NCBI RefSeq assembly: GCF_964204645.1
Contig: NC_134029.1
Location: 16,734,950-16,798,949, forward strand
From: Tubulanus polymorphus
Lineage: Eukaryota > Animalia > Nemertea
DNA: 64,000 nt
Reading direction: 5' to 3'
In this document: positions 14,182-27,402 of the stretch, piece after piece
Numbering within the stretch: the stretch's first letter is position 1
How the letters are laid out: the number at the start of each line of letters is the position of its first letter
Notes under the pieces: model-generated
Databases searched by the model: none
The model's input: only the letters and a program-made list of their open reading frames with translations
Told to the model about the DNA's origin: nothing
Made by a program: the position numbers and the translations under genes

Positions 14182-14644
14182 GTAAAAGAGCAATGAATTG
14201 GTTCATTTATTACAACTACATAAATATTTGAACATGTACGCCAAGAATCATTATTTGGGTCAATCCCTATATTAGGGTCATATACATATACAGGGTCAAT
14301 CAATATTTTGAGATAACAAAAGAATCATTATTTGGAAGGATTGAAACAGTATGTATCAAGATTTTAAGCCCACTAAGGTCACTTTGATTCAATTGTCTAT
14401 TCATCCAGAATCAATTCATCAGATTATTTGGCACTCAAGTCCAGTGGGCTATATAACTAACATGCACTTTTTTCTTCGATGCACTTTGACGTATGGTCTT
14501 GATATTTGGTTGTTGTATGTAGCCACCCTAACCATATATGCAGCCCATAGATTAGCCCGATTGAATCCACTGTTTGGTTACTTTGTTAAATGTAAATACA
14601 TGTAAATACGTTCTGTTCATCGTTATTTTCGTTTTGTATTTCAG

Positions 14645-14739
14645 TCAAGTTCAGAGAATGTAATAGCAGAATCAGAGTCCTTAGTTCGTGTCGCTCCAAT
14701 CCCAGATCTTACTTCGTTAGATATCAGCTTATTACGCAA
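14645..14739 (+). CDS. PCF11: PCF11 exon
   Basis: SSSENVIAESESLVRVAPIPDLTSLDISLLR; canonical splice sites, phase consistent. Confidence 0.75.
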
Positions 14740-14820
14740 GTATGTATCACTTATCCTACTCCAGTTTTTGCCAACACCCCCCTGTTTCAAAGGGTAATTT
14801 TTGTTTATGTGATGTTTCAG

Positions 14821-15004
14821 GCATCATGCAGGAGTTATTCAGCGTTTATATCTAGGAATTCAATGCTCATCGTGTGGTGTAAGATTCGTACATGAAGATT
14901 GTGAAAGGTACCGTCTGCATCTCGACTGGCATTTCCGTTTGAATAAACGTGGAAAAGATGACATGAAAATTGCGCATTTCAGAAAATGGTTCTTTGATGC
15001 AGCG
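14821..15004 (+). CDS. PCF11: PCF11 exon, first zinc finger (C2H2) and start of the Clp1-binding region
   Basis: VIQRLYLGIQCSSCGVRF...YRLHLDWHFRLNK...RKWFF, a diagnostic Pcf11 motif. Confidence 0.93.
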
Positions 15005-15308
15005 GTAAGTTTTATATACTGGGATCAAGTTCCATTTGGGGAGGTTAATTGACACTACAGTTAGAATTAGTTAATTTCCAATCATTTAGATTTAGTAAAT
15101 TTCCAATCAGATAGAATTAGTTCGGTGCCAATCAGTTAGAATTAGTTCATTACCAATTAGTTAGAATCAGTTACTTTCCGATGTTTTAAGCCTTGAGTCA
15201 AATCTACACTGAAAACGGTGGAACTGGGTCCAGTACCATGTTAAACGTATCAAATTTATCCACAGTTAACACTAAGATTCGATTTTAATTGTAAATTTTC
15301 TCTTTTAG

Positions 15309-15351
15309 GATTGGGTTGATTTTGTAGAAATTCAAGATGAAGAGGAGAAAG
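15309..15351 (+). CDS. PCF11: PCF11 micro-exon
   Basis: DWVDFVEIQDEEEK continues the Clp1-binding 'W...DW' motif; AG/GT bounded. Confidence 0.8.
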
Positions 15352-15909
15352 GTACACATAGTTTGATTGATTGCTGGCCAAATCCAAAATTCAAAAATAT
15401 GAAACCCTCTCCCACTCTCTCTCGATTCCATTGCTCATATACCAAATATTGATTCTGCAATGTATTCCTACGGAATATGAAATTATTTTAGTTCTTAATG
15501 CTCGGTTGCTACCATACTACATTTACATTGGAAAACTGTATGACTGGCATCTCAAAATTTTATGAACATATTGCACTAGTTTGTTGCCATAAAGTATAGG
15601 CTATGTATGAATTGCAGATCTGATGCTCAATTGCTCACACGTAGAAAAACAATTATGGCTATTAGAAGTCAAGATTTAGTGCTGCAGCATTTGTCACTGA
15701 TCCTAAACAACAGCACATGCGCTGTATGTCCGTGCTCTTGTGATTTCAGTTCATTAAAACATTCTTACAAATCGGCCTAGGCGGCATATATTTAACAAAT
15801 GCTCCCTGATCATAATTAATCCTTCACATTTTGAGACTGACCCTATTCTTGTACACATATTCAGAACCACGGGAAGAAAAAAGAATTTAAAGATTTTATA
15901 ATTTTTCAG

Positions 15910-16028
15910 CACGGAAAAATTTCTTTGCTCGTTCATTACAAGCTCAGCAAGAAATGGGCATCCATCCAGGTGGCGTTGAAGTTGAAGAGATTAGTTGTCC
16001 GGCGGCTACTGGAAGGGAAAATGATGAT
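15910..16028 (+). CDS. PCF11: PCF11 exon
   Basis: ARKNFFARS...ISCPAATGRENDD; bridges phase 1 to phase 0 correctly. Confidence 0.75.
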
Positions 16029-16934
16029 GTAAGCTTCAACTTGATATCAACTCTTAGATACTGGTAGAAACTTTCTAGGACTGTTCCATTGGGGGCCAAC
16101 CTCTAAACGAAAGATTTAAAAAAAATGTGAGGTGCTCAGAGTTGCCACTAATGTGAAGCTAAATATCCGGAAAATAAGTCGGGAGGTCTGGGGGCCCTCC
16201 CCCAGAAAAATTTTTGAAATTAGAACGCCAGGAGATGCGTTCTGGCGCAATACGCGTTATAGGCCTCACTTTCATTACCGGAAGTGTGTATCAATTTTCA
16301 CGTCTGTCAATTACAATCAAATCAAAATCTGTCGCTTCAAACTTTCAGTAAGCATTTTCTCAAAGGTTATACACTCACACACCTTTTCCAAGATATGTCG
16401 ATAACAACAATGTGTATAGATCATTTTTTCAAATAGCGATTGGTTCCGTCAAATGCACCTCATATATAAACCAGAGCCAAAAACAAACGAAGCGTTAGTC
16501 GATTTCGATCGTCGCGTCATCTTGGTTTAATCGTGTACTGCGGGGTTGTTGCCACTACGTGGCAGCACAATACGGCTTTTTCGAACCCTCTACGGAGCCG
16601 TTACGTTTTGATGTTTTGGGTCGAATCCCGAATTGATTTTATTTTTTTCGCAATGTTTTCTTTTGTGGTTATTTGACTTCTCCCGAAAATCCGGAAATGA
16701 AATTGGAATTCCGGAGAAGTGGCAACTCTGGATGCTGTAGCATCGATCCGGAAACTTGCTCATAGTTCATGCAAATTTCGATATATAGTGGTTTGAGCAA
16801 TGTTGGGCTTTATTTATCAAATCTTTTATGGAAAAACTTTCACAAGGTCATATTTCTCAACTTTTCGACAGGGGACCTGTGAGTAGAAAAGTATGTTAGT
16901 TGAAATCCTTATTCGAGTTCATTTTGACTTTCAG

Positions 16935-17063
16935 GTTTGCGAAATTTGCCGTGATCCATTCGAGCAGTTCTGGGATGAGGAAGCAGAGGAATGGCACCTG
17001 AAAGACGCGATTCGAGTGGATAATAAGACCTATCATCCTGTCTGTTATGAAGACGCTAATGTT
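16935..17063 (+). CDS. PCF11: PCF11 exon, second zinc finger (C2HC)
   Basis: VCEICRDPFEQFWDEEAEEWHLKDAIRVDNKTYHPVCYED, diagnostic for Pcf11. Confidence 0.95.
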
Positions 17064-17134
17064 GTAAGTATTCGAATGTCGATTCCCCATCAACCATTAC
17101 AGCAGAATAACTCAATCTGCTCTCTGTTTTCCAG

Positions 17135-17683
17135 ACTTTACTCCTAGAAACTCCTACACCAACTCCAGAAGTTAAATCTCAGCCATTCTTCCAGACTCCA
17201 ATGGTACCGACTCAACTTTTCCCTCCGGACATCAAATCAGAAAATGCTCAGGTTGAAACTAAACCAGAGGATCCAATTGTGGAAGTCCCACCAGCGAATG
17301 AACCTTCAACTGCAGATAATCCAGAGTTAGTCACTCCTAAAGTAGAACCAGTCGATGTGAAAACTGAAACTAGTCAGAAATTGGAGCAAACAATTCCACC
17401 AGAACTCTTGCCTCCAACTCCGATGAAAATAGAGCCTCCAGAAATAACGACAGCCACTACTGATAAAACGGATACACCGACACCGCCTGGTAGTCCTGTC
17501 GAGGAATCATCGGTATCGTTACCTGGTACACGGATACCATTCCCATTTCCGTCTCAGTCAACAATGCAATCCGCAGTTAATACAGCGGAAGAATCACCGG
17601 TCGTAGTAGTAATGAAACCTGAAGATTCTGCTAACCAAATTAATGTGATATCGTCACGGTTGCCTAAATTCTTTCCTAAATAA
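17135..17683 (+). CDS. PCF11: PCF11 last coding exon
   Basis: ccag acceptor; Pro/Glu/Thr-rich tail ending at TAA 17681-17683. Confidence 0.8.
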   Translation, partial: TLLLETPTPTPEVKSQPFFQTPMVPTQLFPPDIKSENAQVETKPEDPIVEVPPANEPSTADNPELVTPKVEPVDVKTETSQKLEQTIPPELLPPTPMKIEPPEITTATTDKTDTPTPPGSPVEESSVSLPGTRIPFPFPSQSTMQSAVNTAEESPVVVVMKPEDSANQINVISSRLPKFFPK

Positions 17684-18137
17684 TCGTCTAAGAATGGTCA
17701 GTTTTATGCAAGGATTTAATTTAATTGTTGAAATATCAGCAAAATTTTGTGTATGTAGTGTACGAATGGTATATATTCCGAGATCGACTGAGTTCGGGGC
17801 ACCGGTAAAATCTGGTAACCATCTCTAATACACACATTTTAGGTGTTGTTAAAACACTAGAAATTCTGATAATATGTTTTATACATGTTACGCATTTACC
17901 TCTCTAGCTGTTTTATAGTTTTAAACTGATAGAAGAAATGCTACAGTAGACTGGGCTTGCCACGGATAATTGTGTGCCTGGACAAATACAATTTCCAATT
18001 GATGTGATCATCTATAATCACTCAGACATCCCTTGAATTTGTTTGCAGAAAAAAATTTATCTAGAAAGATAGATTCTAGAGAAAATTTACTGGTGTTGCC
18101 AGATCCTTGTTAAGCGGAGTCTACTGAATGATAACTA

Positions 18138-18459
18138 CATCCTCCCCAAGCAGGGCTTTGAACCTGATGAGATTGTCACAGTACAAAACCCTGCCACACT
18201 AGACCGAGTACGCAGCTTAGATGATGTCAATTATTAGCCAATCCAATGTTCCGTTTTAATTCAGCCTGGGTTTTATCCATTTATAGTCCTTCAATGAAAT
18301 TTGCGTAAACGATTATACAACAAACAATCTGATTGGTGCTGCATGTTTCTGTGCGGTAAACCTGCTATGTACCTGCACACCTGGTCTAGTGTGACGGGGT
18401 TCGTGCCGTGGCTGAGTGTAGCGATTCCATCAGGTTCGAATCCCTGCAGAAGGGGGATG
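18138..18459. repeat. Pair of inverted, tRNA-derived (SINE-like) heads downstream of the PCF11 stop
   Basis: 18373-18459 has an A-box-like tggtctagtg and a B-box ggttcgaatcc; 18138-18215 is a diverged reverse-complement copy. Confidence 0.45.
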
Positions 18460-18580
18460 CGTAACTAGGGCATGTCCCTTATTTTGACTCCTTACTTACA
18501 TTTTTACTTCAAAAGTGAACTTTTCGTTTGTGAGAATATTTATATTTTGGTTTCAAGTAGAGGAGCCTGACTGAGATTAC

Positions 18581-18729
18581 TACAGTGGAACGTCGTTACC
18601 ACAAGCTTCAGTGGACGGGAAAATCTGTTCATTATAACCCATTTATTGAAATTGTCCCATTTTGAATGAATTCAGTTCACAAAAGCTGATGAGTCATATC
18701 GGAGGTTGTTAAAACGAGGTTCCACTGTG
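18581..18729. mobile_element. Tc1/mariner-type MITE
   Basis: tacagtggaacgtcgtta...aacgaggttccactgt TIRs; same family as 3444-3606. Confidence 0.55.
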
Positions 18730-21213
18730 ATACATTATTCTTTTGCATCCGTTTTGTAAGCATACTATGAAAAGAAACTGGGGACAAATTATTTCTCTAA
18801 AACCCTATATAAAATTATTTTATGGTTTATCATGAGGTGTTCGGTTTCAAACATATTATTTGACTGTGATTTTTATTATCAAAAGATAAAAAAAGAAGAT
18901 ATTTTTGTAAACATAATTACCGGTAATGAGAATATTTGAAACTAAAGGGGGGTTGTTTCTTTTGTACAAAGCAACTATGGTAATATGTATAAAAAACCGA
19001 TGTAAATAGACAAACTATTTATGTATATAAGTATATAATTTGAGAAATCTATCAATACAAGCAAAATGAGATGGATGTTATATTTGATTTTTTTTTCTTT
19101 TTTTGATTTATCGGATCTGGTTAATTCATAATGAGGAGGATGTAAAGTGCCTTAATCCTGAGATTACAATATTTCATCTAGATTTTTCCATATGTCTCTT
19201 CCCCTCCCCCAAAAAGCATAAGGGTCCATGGAAACCATACCCACTTAGTAGAATGCTCGACAATCAGAAAATTCCAATATTCAACAACCTTTGTGAACTA
19301 ATACAGTTATCAATGAGCTCACAATCATAAAACTTGACATGAACGTTCCAATTGATTGTGTTAATAAAAATGCATATGGTGGAAATACCATGTTAATCCG
19401 CCGTTCAACATCCCCTGGTGAACATGGCAGCTATGTATTACTTAGTACATGTATAGGGGCCATGCTTTAAGTACGTATGCTTGACTCCCGGATATTTTTA
19501 ACCTCCCCCCATGTACTTTTTTTCATAACCCCCTTGTGTAAATACTTATGATTAACCCCCCTCCCTGTAAAATGGAATTTTTCAGGAACCATGGTTTCAA
19601 AAAGGCAAAATTCACTAGCATCCATCAGAGCTCTGACGCTGATGTACATATTGACGAAGTCAATGACCAAGAGGGAGGAATTCCCAGGAAATCCCAACTA
19701 ATATTGGAGATATTTGTAAAAATCATTATGTGTTTGGTGCAAAAGTAACAATTAAAAACATAAACCCTCCCCATTAAACATTAACACAACATTATGTATC
19801 CCGCATTAACACCAACATTATGTACCCTTTTGAGCTCACCCCTGCCCCTGAATGCTTTTGTACAGACTAAACCCCCCTCCCCAACGTGCATACATATACT
19901 TTATGCACGACCCCATAGTTAAAAATCGTAGCTCAGAGAAACAGGGACTGGCAAAATTCGTCCTAAGTAAGCAAGGGTGGATCCAGGGGTACTAGTGAAA
20001 CTTGTACAAGTCTATAAAATTTTTTTGAGGTTCCGTTTTAGCTCTGCTGTGACCAAAGGCAGCTGATGGGTTGGGAATGAGCCATTCGTCCATCAACTTT
20101 TACTTTAAATCGCTATTAGTTGTTGAGTTCTTATTGGATCATCACCAAAATTGGTATGGATATCCTATAGGACAAGAACTTCAACAATATAGAGCAATTT
20201 TTTGGATTTGATTCCTACAAGTGGCTGAGGCCCATATTTCAATGAATCGCTACTAGTCCTAGTTTTTGTTGAATCAAGATAAAACTTGGACTTTCCACCT
20301 GTCCTCCATTTTATAGACACAAGAAACATGATGTATCTCTCATTATCTTCTCACTGAGAAGGAAAGAAATCTCGGCTCACGAGCTGTCAATGTTGTAAAC
20401 AACTTTCTTGCGATGGACGCAATACAATATTATTACTTTAAAGGCCAAACAATTTACGTTGTATTTATATTGGCCATATAATTGGCCTGATAATCTTCCC
20501 AGAACCGTGTTTTGGAGTAAGCTGTGCTGTGCCAGGTCCCTATTATCCTTTCTGCTAGTACCACAACAAAATGTATGTAAACTAATGTCCATTTCTTATT
20601 AACTTTCCAAAATAATTTTCCTGTATGTTCAAACCAAAATCATCCGAGGCTTGCGTTTCGAACTTTAATACTGTAGTCTGAACAGCGGCAATGTCTGTCC
20701 TCGATATCTTCTTGACGTTGGTGATAGGCTGTCTATGGTTTATGCCTGAAATCCTTGGCATATTGATATCCTTGTGAATCTTGCTGCTTTGTCTGAGGGG
20801 TGGATACAGACAGCAGATTGACAGCTGCATTAAGCTCAGCAGAAATGAGAAACAAGGTACAATTAATGAATCAATTTTTTGCCTTAAAAATTGGACCAAT
20901 CTTTATATATGGATTGTGCACTAACTGGGGATGGAAGTTAGATTGGCTGTAGGAACCAATAGTAACTAAATAAGAAACTGGACCCAGGAGAATCAAATTT
21001 TTTATCTTAGTTAACATGAGACACCAGTTAAGTGAATAATCAATCTATCATCTTTCTTCGTTTCTTGAAAATGAATTGATATGTCGTCGAGCAAGTGAGA
21101 CGGATATCAAAACACAATGATAAATACTTTAATACAATTAAAACTTTATTCACAATAATCTTCTCACTTCATATATTGCAAATCTTCACACAGTAAAACA
21201 ATTAATTTTATCG

Positions 21214-21342
21214 TCATCTGTGATGAATTTTGTCCTCCGCTGATCTGGGTCGATCGTTGGCTACTTCTTGTCTACGTTTAATTTCAACATTTTTTTGTTC
21301 GCGTCGTAGAAATCTCATTACTTCTGGGGACCTCATTAAACC
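21214..21342 (-). CDS. RFXAP: RFXAP last exon
   Basis: GLMRSPEVMRFLRREQ...*, matching the RFXAP C-terminal 'LLRSPEVVQFLQKQQ'; AATAAA at 21150-21145 downstream. Confidence 0.82.
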   Translation of the reverse strand, partial: GLMRSPEVMRFLRREQKNVEIKRRQEVANDRPRSAEDKIHHR

Positions 21343-22400
21343 CTACAAATATTCATCAATCTACATTTCATATTCATACATGAAAATAAAAATCAGGGTT
21401 CGTTATGGAACTGCTGATTCAAAATTCACTGCCACTTTTACCAAAATTAACTGCTAAACAAGTGCATATTTCCATGGCAGATCAGCGAATATTTAACATG
21501 TATCTGATAGCTTAGGTTGAGCAACAACCAGCAATATGTGCACCGGGCATACTCGCAATTTTTGGGGATCCTCCCAAAGATAATTTTTATAAAGAAACTA
21601 GATTCTTAAAATGGATTTGATTTCGGTCAGTGTCAACTTTTTAATGAAACTTGGTCCTTTATTAGAAAAAGAGTTCTTGAATGACATCTTGGAAAAATTG
21701 ATTATGAGAATTTGAAAGCGGCTTAGAATTCGTGACCCAGTATAATTCAGTACTTGTTCAAACTTTAGGACAGGACAAATTAAACAAAGTGGGTAACCAC
21801 TGACAAAAACACTTCAGTTATGCATGACTGACTGTAGGATATTTTTTTCTAAGTACAGAAGAGCCAACTTTTGGGATTACTATAATTTTGGTGTACGTCA
21901 CACAGTTTTCTCAGGCCCCTTCTTCCCTTTCTATAAATCAAATAACTAGGGAATGGTTTGAAATGCTCAACAATGAAAATTTGAATATTCAACACCTCCT
22001 GGTGAACATATACTGAACCAATGACCTGGAAACTCGCCACAATTATAGAACTTGTCATGAGCCACTATTTTGCAATTGGGAATGTTGTTAACAAAATATG
22101 CCTACGTACCAATGTAATAAGACAACAAGCCATAGGCAGTAACGGTTCTCGGGCTCAAATGCGAAATGTGTTGTCAGTTCCTATTGCATTTTGGATTTGC
22201 TGTACCTTGGGCCAATAGCTAAATTTTGTCAGGACAAAATTTGACAGAAAAAAGGCACACATTTCTAACCTATCCCTGAAGTTATTTGCAAGGTATTATA
22301 GCTGAAGAACAGAGTTTTTCACCAAAAAGCTCTAAACGGAAAAACCCGGACAAAAACAAATCAGGATTTCTGATTGGCTGATAATGAAATATGTAAGCTG

Positions 22401-25400
22401 CGATTACGATTACGATTACGATTACGATTTATTTACACTCCAACCATTTCCATGGTATATGGAGGAAAACTATTACACATGTATATACAAATATTTACAA
22501 AACAACACTAAAGTGATTAAAATTTAGAGAATGAAAACGTAACGAAATATATATATACATCAACTATTTACAATACTATATATACTATTATATACATCAA
22601 CTATTTACAATACTATATATACTATTGGAGGGATCTATATACATCTAAGCCGGTCTTAATGAATTTAGCTAAGTTGACCGTTGGGTTTTTCAGAATATCA
22701 AGGGTATTAAAGGTATTCAAATTCAAAAAGTTTTTGCGTTGTTCGTTAAGTAAGGTACAGTCAAACAGAAAATGGGATTCGTCACCTAAAGTATTACAAG
22801 TGGGGCATATTCTATCGGCTCTGTCTAAATGAAGGTTTGAAAATTTGTTCACAGGTAAAATATAGGACCCGACCCTAAATTCAAATGAACTAGTTCCTAA
22901 GTCATCACCAAGTTCTATTATATACTTCTCTAACCTAATATCATTTGTATATTGCCTAAAGTTAGTGTATATCGGATTAGTATTTATGGCAGATACAGTT
23001 TCTTGAAGGTGCTGGTCACGGAGTATCTGTTTTATTCGTTTTGAAAAAGATTTACTGTTAGTCATGAATTGCTGCGTCCAAATGCAGGACAAACCACAGT
23101 CATCAAACGTTTTCTTTATATATGATAACCAAGGGCTCTTAAATTTATCCCTTAAAAATAAATTGAAAGATATTTTATAGAGTATTGAATTAAGTTTGGT
23201 TTGCTTTCCAGATACTGTTTTCACCCAAAAGTTAATCATCCTGCGTCTAACATCTATATTCAAAGGGTAACGTCCTAGCTCTGATAAAACTTGTAAGTTG
23301 CGAGAATATTTCGTCACTTTCATTAAGATTTTACAGAAGAAGCGATGAATATTTTCTAATAAATCAAGATTTTCATATCCCCAGATCTCACACCCATACA
23401 TGGCTATTGGAGCAACACACGTATCAAATAATTTAAACATAACATCTATGGGCAATTTCAAACGTCTGCCTTTTTGAACGATCGAAAACATAGCTCTGAT
23501 AGCTTTATCGTAAAGATACTTTTTTGCCTTAGCAAAGTTACCATTCCAATTGAATTTTACTCCGAGATAAACATAATCTTCAACTACCTCTAACTCTTGA
23601 TCACCAAACATAAATTTCGAAATCGTTTTTATCCGGGATTTACTTCGCGCAAATACTAGTACTTTAGTTTTCTCTGGGTTAACAATGAGACCATTAGCCG
23701 CGCAATATTCAAATAAGGTATCTAAGTGTAGCTGAAGAGATTTCTCATCCTCAGCAAGAATAACTGTATCATCTGCGTATAGTATTATGAATAAATTCAG
23801 TAAAGTATCAATATCCTGATCACGATTCAAATTTAGTTTTTCTATAAATGACAAAGTTGGTTTTCCACGATCAATGAAAAATTCTTCAATGTCGTTTAAG
23901 AATAACGAAAAGAGGATAGGTGAGAGATTTTCGCCTTGTCTTAAGCCTCTATCAGCTGCAAAGTATTGTGACGTGCAACCATTTAATTCAACACATGATT
24001 TTATGGAGTTATACATATTTTTGACCACATTGAAAAAGTTTCCATTAACATTGTTAGCAATTAATTTTCGCCATAACTTTACCCTACAAATCGAGTCGAA
24101 AGCTTTCTTAAAATCAACAAAGGCGCAAAAAAGTCTTCTTCCCTGACAAAGATACAGCTCTACGATTGTTTTAAGCGTGTAAATATGATCAATGGTGGAA
24201 TATTTCGATCTAAAGCCAGCCTGGGCTTCACTTATAATGTGATTCGTATCTAGAAATGTTGACAATCTTTGATTTAGGATACTTGTAAATAATTTACCAA
24301 GACAGCTAACTAAGGTAATACCTCTATAATTATCAGGATTAGAGGGATCGCCATTCTTTTTGAAAATGGGTTTGATGACGCCTATAGACCACATCTCTGG
24401 AACATATCCTGTTTTAAGAACTAAATTGAATAATTTTTGTAATATATCAACTAAAAACGGATACTGACTAACTCCCAGCAGCTCATTCGTGATTCCATCA
24501 ATGCCTGGGGCCTTATTGTTTTTGAGTAAAGAGATAGCCTTAATTACCTCATCACTGGTTAAATCACTGTTCAAAATATAATTGTCATAGACAGGATGGT
24601 CACCCACGTCTGGGGGCTCATCACCGTCATCGGTTTCATTGTTAACATTATTCAAATCATTTAATCTCATAAAATGTTCAAGAAAAATATCAATATCTAT
24701 ATTAGCCTCATTATTTTTTGTTCCGCTCGCAGAGTTTAGCATCGACCAATACTTTTTTGGGTTATTAATTTCGCATTCTCTCAATTCCTTAATAAATTCA
24801 TCCTTTTGTTTCTTCTTATTTTCTCGGATGACCTTTTTATAGTTTTTAGACGAGTTCTTAAGGGATTCAAAATTGGAAAGGGTAGGGCAACCCCTATATC
24901 TTTTTTTTCATATAATTATATTTCTTCTGTGCATCTCTACAGTCCCTGCCAAACCATCTGTTGCGGACCGGTTTTTTGCAGTTATTACTTTTCCTACTTT
25001 TTCTATGGTACATCAAATTACACTCATCAGCACTTGATAATAAAGAAGATACAAATCTATCGGTAAGTCCATTAATGTCATCTGGTGATTGATTTCCTAG
25101 ATCTTGCAACCCGTCCAACAGTAACTTATCTAAATCATTATCTCGTAATCTTGATTCTACATTCAGGAAAAATTGATTTGATCTAGTACTGACCCACCTA
25201 ATTGAAGTTTTAAAGTTCGCGTGTTCATTACCCCTTTCATTATCGCTAGCAATGGTGTCCCTAGAATTCGTATACACGCACAGATTAATAGGATTATGTC
25301 CATCAGATAATAATGGGTCAAAAGGCATTATTTCAAAGTCCTCAACATAACCAAACAGTTCTAAATCACACACAAAATAATCGATGACACTAAACATATT
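22401..25400 (-). mobile_element. 5'-truncated non-LTR retrotransposon (LINE, RTE-X-like) in an RFXAP intron
   Basis: RT ORF plus an upstream fragment with the end of an APE domain (SVIDYF...SDGH); 3' end has AATAAA followed by a (TCGTAA)n tail at 22401-22435. Confidence 0.85.
22622..24784 (-). CDS. Non-LTR reverse transcriptase with C-terminal CCHC zinc knuckle
   Basis: KAPGIDG, NYRGITL, QAGFR, FVDFKKAFDS, GLRQGENLSP, LYADD, CPTC...DESHFLFDC. Confidence 0.9.
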   Translation of the reverse strand: MRECEINNPKKYWSMLNSASGTKNNEANIDIDIFLEHFMRLNDLNNVNNETDDGDEPPDVGDHPVYDNYILNSDLTSDEVIKAISLLKNNKAPGIDGITNELLGVSQYPFLVDILQKLFNLVLKTGYVPEMWSIGVIKPIFKKNGDPSNPDNYRGITLVSCLGKLFTSILNQRLSTFLDTNHIISEAQAGFRSKYSTIDHIYTLKTIVELYLCQGRRLFCAFVDFKKAFDSICRVKLWRKLIANNVNGNFFNVVKNMYNSIKSCVELNGCTSQYFAADRGLRQGENLSPILFSLFLNDIEEFFIDRGKPTLSFIEKLNLNRDQDIDTLLNLFIILYADDTVILAEDEKSLQLHLDTLFEYCAANGLIVNPEKTKVLVFARSKSRIKTISKFMFGDQELEVVEDYVYLGVKFNWNGNFAKAKKYLYDKAIRAMFSIVQKGRRLKLPIDVMFKLFDTCVAPIAMYGCEIWGYENLDLLENIHRFFCKILMKVTKYSRNLQVLSELGRYPLNIDVRRRMINFWVKTVSGKQTKLNSILYKISFNLFLRDKFKSPWLSYIKKTFDDCGLSCIWTQQFMTNSKSFSKRIKQILRDQHLQETVSAINTNPIYTNFRQYTNDIRLEKYIIELGDDLGTSSFEFRVGSYILPVNKFSNLHLDRADRICPTCNTLGDESHFLFDCTLLNEQRKNFLNLNTFNTLDILKNPTVNLAKFIKTGLDVYRSLQ

Positions 25401-26041
25401 TGTGTCACGCCACCTACCAGCAGTTAGAATAACTACCTCCCAATATTAACTCTGCCTGCCAGGCCTATTTTTCAGGAAATGCTGTGCTTTGCCAGGATTT
25501 CCGTGTTTTTCAGAGATTCATAAAACAAAAACTAAAAGAGATATCATCATCAAATTTGTTTTATTTTGTTTATCTGGTCTTGCTTTTTCATGCAAAATAA
25601 GCGACATTTCTTCTAAAAGTGATAAAATCTGCAGCAATCACTTGTGCAGAGGGGGTATTTTGCATAAAATATGCCCATTCATGCGTGTTCAGCCCCCATT
25701 TCAATAGATGACGTCACTAACACACTGCATTGAACGACTGATTATAGTTTCTTTTAGTAGTAAAGGCATTAAACTAACTGGTGTTGTGCGATGAATTGGC
25801 CATCTATCGTTAAACTTAAGAAACAAGTCAACCGTACCAGTACGGTTTGGCAGGCAAATAATGGGAGATATCGAACGTACCAGTACATTTTTGGCAGGCA
25901 ATGAGTTAAGCATTAATCCAAAACAATAACAGCTGTCCATTCATAATTGTGGTCACCAATTAACCTAATCAGTACTACCTGGGGACTATTAAAGACAGCT
26001 AGCCATTGAATGACCATGAGTTATGTACATATGGTATAGGC

Positions 26042-26720
26042 CTATGATGAACACCTAGATACTGGAAACAATGAGTCTACTAGCAAATTTTGACTGTCTA
26101 GACATTCTGGGATAGGACTGCTGTTCACTATAGAGAGGTAAAATGCACATTTGGTACCAGAAAAAGTGTTCACTATTCACTATAGAGAGGTGTTCACTAA
26201 ATGGAGGTTCTGTTTAATTGAAATTAGGGAAAATTTGGTTCCGGGGAAAACATGTTCATGAAGGGAGGTGTTCACTAGATAGAGGTGTTCACTAAGTGGG
26301 GTTTTACTGTATAATACTAACTAAACTCTGTATATGTGTATAAATGTGAACTGCAACTTTGTTTTCAGAATTTTCGTCCAGCTTCCGATGACTTCCTTAA
26401 CGGTTGCTCGTCTTGATGGCTGATCCGTAGTCGAGGTACATGTGTTGTTTATCAATGATTTCGATTCGCTATTTAATATGATGAACACCTAGATACTGAC
26501 TATCTAGACAGTCTGGGATGGGACCACTGTTCACTATAGAGAGTTAAAATGCTCATTTGGTACCAGAAAAAGTGTTCACTGTTCACTATAGAGGTGTTCA
26601 CTAAATGGAGGTTCTGTTTAATTGAAAATGAGTAGGGAAAATTTGGTTCCGGGCAAAAAGTGTTCACTAAGGGAGGTGTTCACTAAATAGAGGTGTTCAC
26701 TAAGGGAGGTTTTACTGTAC
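26042..26720. repeat. Two direct copies of a MITE-derived segment
   Basis: atgatgaacacctagatactg...(gtgttcacta)n...gttttactgta occurs at ~26042-26311 and ~26478-26720. Confidence 0.6.
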
Positions 26721-27237
26721 TGTCGAAACCATGATAGACTAGTAGCGATTTCGATTAGAATCTAATCATAAAAGCCTAATATAGATAATTAATGCAATAT
26801 CCAAAAATTCAGCTGTATTTCATGAATGCGATGAAGAATTCCTCAAACAGTCGTATCAGAACTAAAATAAGGATTGGTCAAAATCGAATTAAGAATTCCC
26901 AAATTGCATAACAGCTATAAACGCATGTTTAGCCCGTGCCAAATTAGGCCCACAACAACTCTTCGCACAGGTGCCAAATGGTTTAGGCCTGAGCCAAATT
27001 TTAGCACTGATCAAATTTTCGGAAGTGAAACACTTCGCTCTGTTAAAGCATTGTGTGATCGCCGCTCTCTAATTACACATGGCCAAATCGTCTCTGCGTC
27101 ATCGCAGCTTATAGGTGGGTCTACTAGTCATTTTCAACAACATGCAACATTCACTAGATAAGGTTACCTGCTACCCTGGCCAACTTAACAGGTACCCACA
27201 AATAAGTGAACAACAATTCTCGGTGCTTTAAACTTAC

Positions 27238-27402
27238 TAATTTTTTCTCATTGAGAACTTCCTCTAAGAGACTTGGTCGTAGACTGTTTAATAAAGCCCC
27301 AGCGTGTCCAGGTTCTGGTGCATTTCCTCCTGAACTGCATGGTAAAACTACTTTATCGGATACTGGAACAGAACCGACTGCAGCGGGAGTGGATTTCTGT
27401 AG
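27238..27402 (-). CDS. RFXAP: RFXAP middle exon
   Basis: 165-nt AG/GT exon ending LRPSLLEEVLNEKKL (RFXAP 'RPTLLEQVLNQKRL'). Confidence 0.82.

Noticed and set aside
26360-26445. AG/GT-bounded segment on the plus strand resembling an exon
   Set aside because: No partner exons or recognisable peptide; it sits between duplicated repeats
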